NCBI RefSeq assembly: GCF_009914755.1
Contig: NC_060937.1
Origin: the human T2T-CHM13v2.0 reference genome, Homo sapiens
DNA: 64,000 nucleotides
Direction: 5' to 3' (one strand)
In this document: positions 55,715-64,000 of the stretch, piece after piece
Numbering within the stretch: the first letter of the stretch is position 1
Layout: each line of letters opens with the position of its first letter
Made by a program: the position numbers and the translations under genes
Notes under the pieces: generated by a model
Told to the model about the DNA's origin: nothing
The model's database searches: none
Seen by the model: only the letters and a program-made list of their open reading frames with translations

Positions 55715-56225
55715 GGGTAACAGAAGCCTGGAAATTCTCAGCTGGGATTTGGAAGAGATTATTTAGTCTCTAAATTGTTAGAGACTATTTACAGAGGTAT
55801 GAGCAAAGTTGAGAAAAGCCAAGAATGATTTTTCAAGTCTCCAAGATAAAAAACAGTAAGAATTCAGAAAGTCATGAATCTCACTATTAGGCTTGGAGGG
55901 GCAAAAGGAAAAGATGTACAACCAGAGTCTGGTTAGATGTGTAGCCATGGTGGCCTGGGGAAGGAGTGCTTCTCATCAGGAGCTGTAGTCTTAGAGGCTT
56001 GCAGCCACAGCAGCGGGAAGTTAGGAAGCAGCAGGAGACAAACTACCTGAACGTTCCTCTCCTGCTCACCACCTCCCGTCCATGCTTCTCATTGGCTGAA
56101 CTCAATGGGAAGCCAGAGAGAAGGGAGCCTAAGTGACGTCATTCACAGTCAGCCTTCAAGGGCACAAGGCAGGGCACAGTAAGCCAGAGAACTGAGGGAA
56201 GGAGTTAGCAACCGAGAATAGCCAC
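55715..56225 (-). mobile_element. LTR41-like ERV-L LTR
   Basis: gagactatttacagaggtatgagcaaagtt...cattggctgaactcaatgggaagccagagagaagggagcc...gtcagccttcaagggcacaaggcagggc. Confidence 0.6.
56134..56141. promoter_or_regulatory. Full palindromic CRE (TGACGTCA)
   Basis: aagTGACGTCAttc inside the LTR41-like element, about 40 bp from an ATTGG (reverse CCAAT). Confidence 0.35.
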
Positions 56226-56619
56226 CATGGTGCTGAAGATAGAACACGAGTAATAAAAGGGGCTCACAGATTAACCCGGTAGTTAGATATGTAAGTTAAT
56301 ACAGGCAAAAAATTCCAATACTGTGAGAGAGTGCTATATGAGAAGAAATTTCTTAGTAATACCCAAGGCAGGCAGGAATTCCTTTCCATTGATTGGGTCC
56401 ACGTGCACTTTACAGAGAATCAGAGCAGGCAGAACTAGAAACACTGAGCTGGGTTCTCTTCATAGGTACAGCAAATAAATGAGCTGCAGTGATGTATCTC
56501 TAGGGTGAAATTACAGATAGTCAAATTTAAAAATTTTAAAAGTAGTAAAAGCCTACACTTTGTGCCCTTTAAAAATACATCTTTATTTCTTCAATCAAAG
56601 ATATTCAAAGCATTTCTAC

Positions 56620-57900
56620 ACGTATCTAGTATCTAGCTAGGTACTATGCTAGTTTCCCACAATGTCTAATGTCTAGCTAAAGATATCAGCAGATTGAAGA
56701 TATGAAGGATGCTTTGGGAGCACAGAGTATTGACACCGAATCTACTACTCAGGTGTCAGAGATATTGTCTCTCAGGATGGGATGATAAATTGAGTCCCAA
56801 GGGATGACTAGAAATTATTCAGTTGAATAAAGAGGGAAAATTTTCCAGGAAAAAAGCATCTGCAAATGTGTGGAGATGAGAGGGAGCATGGGAAACGAAA
56901 AGGATTTCAATTTGAGGGAACATAGGGCATCCACAGGAGACGTGAGCATTTTGGAGACACTTACTATGCACTGGGCACTTCTCCCGATGTGTCCCACTTA
57001 ATTTTGAAAACAATAATATGAGGGAATATAACTGTTATCTGCATTTTACAGTGGAGGCAACTGAAAAACTGAGAAGTGAAATCACAGCAGTAGTAAATCT
57101 TAGAAGTGACGTGATCCATTTTGAATATTAGAAAGATCCCTCCAGCAGTGAGAAAGGGAGTGGATCAGAGGGGTGTAAGACCAGATACTTGGAGGCAAAT
57201 TAGGACATAATTGCATTAGAGCAGATGATGTCTGATGATGGTTCAAACTAAGGCAGTTGGGCTTACGTAATGTAGCACAGAAAAAGATGTGGCTGACGTC
57301 ACAAAAACAGAAACACAGGATAGAGTCATGTAAGAGGAACAGGATGCAGAAAATGAGAACTCTAGGGACAGACTAAGTCTCTGGTTTGCTTAACTGAGAG
57401 AAAAGCAATACCATTAACCAACATATGAAATAAAGAAGGAACAAGTTTGTCAGAAAAGAAAATTGCATCCCTTTATAATATAAGGGGCACTTGTGAGACA
57501 TGAAGTGGAAAGTGTCTTGGAATGTAAGATAAATGTAGAAATGAATAGTAGATAATCTGGGCTGAAGCACCTGTTTGATGAGAGGGGATGAAATCCCTGA
57601 AGGACAGCATATTGCATAACAAGTCAACAGAGTCAAGGGTAGAGGCCTGGAGAATACCAGCATCGAAGGAAGAAGAAGGGAAGCCAGACAAAAAGCAAGA
57701 CAAAATAGTTACAATCAGAGATAGGAGGAGAGGCAGGGGAAATTATTCTTACCGCCACTAAGCAACAACAGGATTTCAAATTAGGACAAGGAGACATCGT
57801 CAAACACCAGGGATGACTTCAGAAAAGAGCCTATGATGTTGGGAGCTTGGAGGCCATTGATAGGCATTCCTGAAGTGTGAACATGTTAGTAGCATAAGAC
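56620..57900 (-). mobile_element. L2 LINE antisense fragments with an embedded MIR (about 56960-57100)
   Basis: tgctttgggagcacagag...ttagaaagatccctccagcagtg...ggggcacttgtgagacatgaagtggaaagtgtc; MIR acttactatgcactgggcact...gcattttacagtggaggcaactga. Confidence 0.65.
57294..57301. promoter_or_regulatory. Full palindromic CRE (TGACGTCA)
   Basis: ggcTGACGTCAca, with TTACGTAA at 57263-57270. Confidence 0.35.
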
Positions 57901-58596
57901 ATCTTGCCATAAGCCAAAAAAATGAACAGAGAACAATTTCCCCATTCTCTCTTGCACCAGATAAAACAAAAAAGGAATAAAACACATACAAAATACTGTC
58001 TTTAGTAAATGTAATAAATAGCCACAACTCCCGCCAATGAATTCTGTGAAACAGCTCCAAATGTCAGAGAAATATGGGTGAAATCAATGGAGGTTACCCC
58101 CATTTGTATAGATCCCATATAGCACCAGATTTCTCCCATGTGCATCCCTGATCATTATCAGAAAAAAAGAAGCTCCAGGTCATGGGCAAGCTTCAAGAGA
58201 TTCCCTGAATCTGATTCTATACCTCAGAGCAGCAGAGACACCCAGACTGAAGGAAATTTATGGACACATAAGAATATAGGGTGTGATTATGGCAAAGTGG
58301 TGAAGGGGCCAATGGCAAAGGGGTTTGCGGCTGCTGATCATGATCAACTGAAAGTGATGATTGACCTTCAAATATCCAAGGCCACACAGGGCTGTGCATA
58401 CCCAGGTTAAAGAGCAAAGTAGATGCGGGGAAAAAAATTGTTCAGAGACATGGTACCTAAGCTGAAGATGCCTGCTCATTTCTTCAATTCCTCAAGCTCA
58501 TTCCTCTCCTCCCTCATTCAAAATTCTGTAAAATACTCATCTTTAAAAAGTTTCCTTCACTCAAACATGAGTAATCATTATAAGAGAAACAACAAA

Positions 58597-58928
<332 letters not shown>

Positions 58929-58967
58929 CTAAGCAAAACTAATTCACTGAACCACCCACACAAGCAA

Positions 58968-58970
<3 letters not shown>

Positions 58971-59002
<32 letters not shown>
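58971..59002. repeat. (GA)16 microsatellite
   Basis: Uninterrupted GA run. Confidence 0.95.
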
Positions 59003-59008
<6 letters not shown>

Positions 59009-59104
59009 AGAAGACATTACACACCAGTCGATAATATAAGCCAGAAAGCAAAAGGAAAATTCAAACAGACCCTAAGTTATTTCCAAAAAGTTAAATAAGC
59101 AGCA

Positions 59105-59320
59105 ATATGTAGTGGTTTGACGCTCATCTAGACTGCATAGATTCCATTCTAGTTTTGCAGTTTATTGGCTGGATGACCTGGAAGATTGCTTTCATTTCTG
59201 TTTCAATTTTCTCATTGGCAAAATGAGGAAGACAATAATAGGTTCTTAAGAAGTAAATGATTTGATAAAAGTAAAGTGCTTGGCACAGTAGCCAGTAAAT
59301 ATTATGTCCAATGTAAATGT
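59105..59320 (+). mobile_element. MIR SINE
   Basis: tattggctggatgacctgg...tttctgtttcaattttctcatt...gtaaagtgcttggcacagtag. Confidence 0.7.
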
Positions 59321-60769
59321 AATCATGTACTATTATTATTCTCCTCTTTAAAATACAAGCTCAAAATAAAAATAAGGATTAAAAAGCCATTATATGACAA
59401 CAGAAGATTGAAATTGGGGTAACCAAATTTAGAAAAGAAATAGTAAAAACAAACCCAAAGTAAATAAATCATTGCAGAAACTATAAGCTGACATGGCAAA
59501 TACATAAATATTGGAAATATGTGAGGTTGACAATTTCTGGCATTAGAAAGCATTTTAAAATATCAAATAATTAAACTTTTCAATCTGTTAAATGCAAAGG
59601 CATTTTAAGTTTTTCTTCTTACGTGTATTTATGAAAAAAGTGTATGTTTCAGCCACTTTTACATTTCTTCAAATTATTACTTTAATGCACACTTTGAGGC
59701 TTTTCTTTTCAATGTTAATAAGCTCTTTTTCTCAACCTCCCTCAGTTAAATGAAGGAAGAGAAGAGCCAAGTAGTAATCAATCAGTGAAGACACTAAATC
59801 ATCATATTTTTAGGTCAAAGATTTCTCTTTTTCATTCATGGCAGCTTATTAATATATTTAATTTTTAGTTCACCTTTTTAGTATAGATTTAAGACATAAA
59901 CAAAATTTGTAGCTCCCATCTTAACATCAATGTTTCTAATTAGGAAAAAAAAAGGCACTTCTAAGATTTTTTTTAAAAAAAAACATGCCTTTTGTCTGGA
60001 GAAACATCATGAGTCCTGGCCATTACCTCCCTTGAATAAAATTTATTTATTATTATTAAACCATCTCACAAAGGAATGTCATGTATTTTATTGATAATAT
60101 CTTATTTTGAGTTTTGTTTGAAAGATTTATCTGTTAATTAGTAAAATGAGATAATAAAATTAAGAGAAACGGTCATTTTTGCCTAGTCTTTATCTCATTT
60201 AAATGTCTATCTTTATTTCACATGCATATTTCAATTTTTAGAACATTATTTTATTTATACTTTTCTATAATGTTGTATAGTTAGTCTTAGACTCATATCT
60301 GAGTTTAACCAACAATTTAAAAAGACTGATAAGGAAGTTTCAATTCATTAAAAATGTGATGTTCTTGCTTTTAAGCAGTCTTACTTTAAAAATGTGATTA
60401 ATGGAAAACCATAATTCTGGAAATAGATCATGGCTGTTATTTTCAAATAATGTGACATACTCTGCTTTTAATGTCTCTATGTGTGTGTGAGTGTGAGTGT
60501 GTATGTGCTTTTGATATGAAAAGAACTGGGACTCTGACAATGTGATTATTGACAAAAATATCTTTGTAAAACCTTGGACATTTTTAGTACCCAAAAGAGA
60601 TCTCATTGTTTGCTTACGAATTATTGTAGGCAGCACATAAGTTAAACATTTTACCTGATTTTCAATGTAATTAAGAAAAAGTAAGGAGACAAAGCACATA
60701 AAACTCTTGAACATCAAATGAACCAGTGAGCAACACTGAGGATAAATAATGTCTGTGAGGGTAAATACA

Positions 60770-61600
60770 CTTGGGCATAGCTAGTAGTTATACAAGTCAA
60801 CATCATCAGTCATCAATGAAGACTTTCTGGAGGAAGTGGAGCTATGTGAATGAAAGAAAGGGAAAACACTCCTAGATCCCTTTTTCTTTTCTAGCTGGTA
60901 TTTAAAATCAATGCGCGTGGGTGAGATCACCCAGACAGAGCGTGAATTGAGAAGAGTGAATTGGAAAGCAAAAAGAACCAATGAACAACCTAGGTGAGAC
61001 ACATTTTTAAAAAAATAAACAAAGTGAAACTAAGAGGAGTAACCAACAAAACAGGGCATGGATCAGATAAAAGCAGCACCTTGAAGGAAAAGTACTGAAG
61101 TGAAAAAGCACTTGGAGCAAAGTGAAAACAGGTATTCGAAAAAGATCAAGTGTTCAACTTATCAATGCAGGGAGGGGAACATCACACACTGGGGCCTGTC
61201 GGGGGATAGGGGCTAGGGGAGGGATAGCATTAGGAGAAATACCTAATGTAGATGGTGGGTTGATGGGTGCAGCAAACCACCATGGCACGTGTATACCTAT
61301 GTAACAAACCTGCACGTTCTGCACATGTACCCGAGAACTTAAAGTATAATTTAAAAAAAAAAAAGAATAAAAAAGAAAAGTGGCAAGTGTTCAACTCATC
61401 AATGCTACAAAGTTCAAGAACAGAAGTGTGCCTACTGTTGGATAATTAGGAGTTCATTGGTGACCTTTTCCAAAGGAAAGAGGAATTGGAGGTATCTGTA
61501 ACCATATTTCAGTGTGATTAGCACTGATAAGTGTTGGTGATTAAAAGTAGAGAGAGACAGTTAATATAGACTAGTTTTTCTAAAATTTGGCTGTGAATGA
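60770..61600 (-). mobile_element. L2 antisense fragment interrupted by a short L1PA
   Basis: gaagactttctggaggaagtgg...gtgggtgagatcacccagacagag...ggagttcattggtgacctt...aaatttggctgtgaatgaaaggg. Confidence 0.55.
61169..61380 (+). mobile_element. Short L1PA7/8-like 3' UTR insertion with poly(A)
   Basis: agggaggggaacatcacacactggggcctgtcgggg...gatgggtgcagcaaaccaccatggcacgtgtatacctatgtaacaaacc...aaagtataat then A tail; 22-bp TSD at 61147-61168 and 61384-61405. Confidence 0.95.
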
Positions 61601-63029
61601 AAGGGAGTATCTTTGTACGAGGTTAGGTCACATACCCCTGGAGTAAATATAGGGTAATAATAATGATAACAAAGAATGGTTTTGACCATCGTCTAACTCT
61701 TTTCAATATTTCAGGAAGTCCCTGACTTTGTCTCATCTGTAATTAAAACTCTAGCTCCTGAGTACCATGGAGTCCACTCTTGCCTCCAGCATGTGTGTGA
61801 ATGTAGTTCTCCTGGTTTTGATGGCACTTGATTTCTCTCCTGCTTTGGCTGCTTTTGCTGTTGCTGCCATATTCTGTTACCAATTTCTTTCATTTCAAAT
61901 ACATGTTAATTCCATCATAAGTTAGGTCACTGAATCTTCTCTTTCCTCTCTTCCAGTATGTGTTGCCTTCTTCCACCTTTTTAATTTCTGCTTTAACAGT
62001 GTCTCTCTGAAGTAGGAAAAAAAACATCTTTTCTTTGCATTTTTCTGTCTCTATTGCATGGACAGAGTAGTTGGGATTTTTTTTCCTCTGATACTTGTTA
62101 TTGTTATTTTATGTTATTGTATTATTTATGTTATGTTATTTTAACATCCTCTCTTCTCAGGCCTTGAGGAGAAGATGATGAAGTAAATAATGGAACCACA
62201 AGAGAGTCGGAAACACACACTCTGCGCCACTATGGGTGGAGCAGCTTAACTTAGACAAGCAAGTTAGAAATCATCTATGGCCTTTGGAGTGCAGAATGAG
62301 AAGCAGATCGGAAATGACTGGATATGGATGCATTGAGAACATTTATGCATTTCTTGGGTTTTGTTAAACAAGTGTATGTTACGTGTCTATTGCTTTGGGA
62401 AGAAAATTAGGAAGAATGGATTTTCTCAGTAAATTCCCTGCAGCACCTAACACATTTTAGTAGACAGGCACTCAATACATGTTTGAGACTAATTTACTCT
62501 AAAGATCGAAATATGATATTGACTGAATGGTCAAATTAAATATATAATTAAATATCCAGCCAATTTAAAGTTACACCAAGTAAATCAAGGTATGCAAGTC
62601 CCAAAAACTTCATAAGAATTATAGAATTATGATAAAGACATACAATTTTATCAATTAAAAAACTTTTTAAAGAATTTCAGATCAACATTTGATAGGCTAA
62701 GACATTCTTTATTTTCATTAAAATACTGAAGAAAATTTAATTAATTTTTTAAATAAATGTGAAATTAAATGTTTACTTTTCAAAACTTGTCATTATTCAC
62801 TAAAGAAAATTAATTGTGTCATTATTTCTCATTAGTGGCCCATTTATGTAATGTGACTGGTTGACTTTTCATTTTTAATCTTTGAAAATAATAATGAGTT
62901 AAAATTATTTTAAGCACCAAATGCTTACAGTTATAGGTGAAATCATTTACAGAATCTGTTTTATCTGATTCTTTTTAAATAAAACATTAAATAAATATTA
63001 TTCAGTAGTTTCTTCCTAAAACCATTTTA

Positions 63030-64000
63030 TATTCTTTTTATTTTATTTTATTATTATTATACTTTAAGTTTTAGGGTACATGTGCACAATGTGCAGGTTT
63101 GTTGCATATGTATACATGTGCCATGTTGGTGTGCTGCACCCACTAACTCGTCATTTAGCATTAGGTATATCTCCTAATGCTATCTATCCCCCTTCCCCCC
63201 ACCCCATGACAGGCCCCAGTGTGTGATGTTCCCCTTCCTGTGTCCAAGTGTTCTCATTGTTCAATTCCCACCTATGAGTGAGAACATGTGGTGTTTGGTT
63301 TTTTGTCCCTGCGATAGTTTGCTGAGAATGATGGTTTCCAGCTTCATCCATGTCCCTAAAAAGGACAGGAACTCATCATTTTTTATGGCTGCATAGTATT
63401 CCATGGTGTATATGTGCCACATTTTCTTAATCCAGTCTATCATTGTTGAACATTTGGCTTGGTTCCAAGTCTCTGCTATTGTGAATAGTGCTGCAATAAA
63501 CATACATGTGCATGTGTCTTTATAGCAGCATGATTTATAATCCTTTGGGTATATACCCAGTAATGGGATGGCTGGGTCAAATGGTATTTCTAGTTCTAGA
63601 TGCCTGAGGAATCACCACACTGACTTCCACAATGGTTGAACTAGTTTACAGTCCAACCAACAGTGTAAAAGTGTTCCTATTTCTCCACATCCTCTCCAGC
63701 ACCTGTTGTTTCCTGATTTTTCAATGATCGCCATTCTAACTGGTGTGTGATGGTATCTCATTGTGGTTTTGATTTGCATTTCTCTAATGGCCAGTGACGA
63801 TGAGCATTTTTTCATGTGTTTTTTGGCTGCATAAATGTCTTCTTTTGAGAAGTGTCTGTTCGTGTCCTTCGCCCACTTTGTGATGGGGTTGTTTTTTTCT
63901 CGTAAATTTGTTTGAGGTCATTGTAGATTCTGGATATTAGCCCTTTGACAGATGAGTAGGTTGCAAAAATTTTCGCCCATTGTGTAGGTTGCCTGTTCAC
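63030..64000 (-). mobile_element. L1PA (L1PA4-like) 3' end and ORF2 C-terminus, continuing past the window edge
   Basis: 3' UTR ttattatactttaagttttagggtacatgtgcacaatgtgcagg; ORFs 63261-63503, 63612-63815 ([15 protein letters not shown]) and 63812-64000 are frameshifted ORF2p pieces. Confidence 0.97.

Overview
Non-coding, AT-rich primate (human-like) genomic DNA. It contains Alu, L1PA, THE1, MLT, MER, MIR and L2 relics. I recognise no cellular protein-coding gene, tRNA/rRNA or CRISPR array. The only ORFs in the supplied track that I recognise as real protein are broken LINE-1 ORF1/ORF2 pieces or decayed ERV-L gag/pol pieces; the rest look repeat-derived or chance. The left half (about 10-41 kb) is a dense nested stack of transposable elements. 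Its main structure is a decayed, two-LTR, LTR16/HERV16-type ERV-L provirus on the minus strand (about 19.7-28.1 kb). It retains readable gag, protease, RT, RNase H and integrase-start remnants and is interrupted by THE1B, L1PA, FLAM and Alu insertions. Other structures worth checking: an apparent L1 3' transduction (23.1-26.1 kb); two L1PA copies 39.7 kb apart sharing non-consensus variants; a perfect 44-bp locally templated copy next to a perfect 19-bp inverted repeat (34.0-34.1 kb); and, in the repeat-poorer right half, RFX X-boxes, a CpG-retaining patch and a cluster of CRE/bZIP palindromes that may be enhancers. I found no evidence of a new multi-gene biological system. Repeat subfamily names come from recalled consensus sequences and boundaries are approximate.
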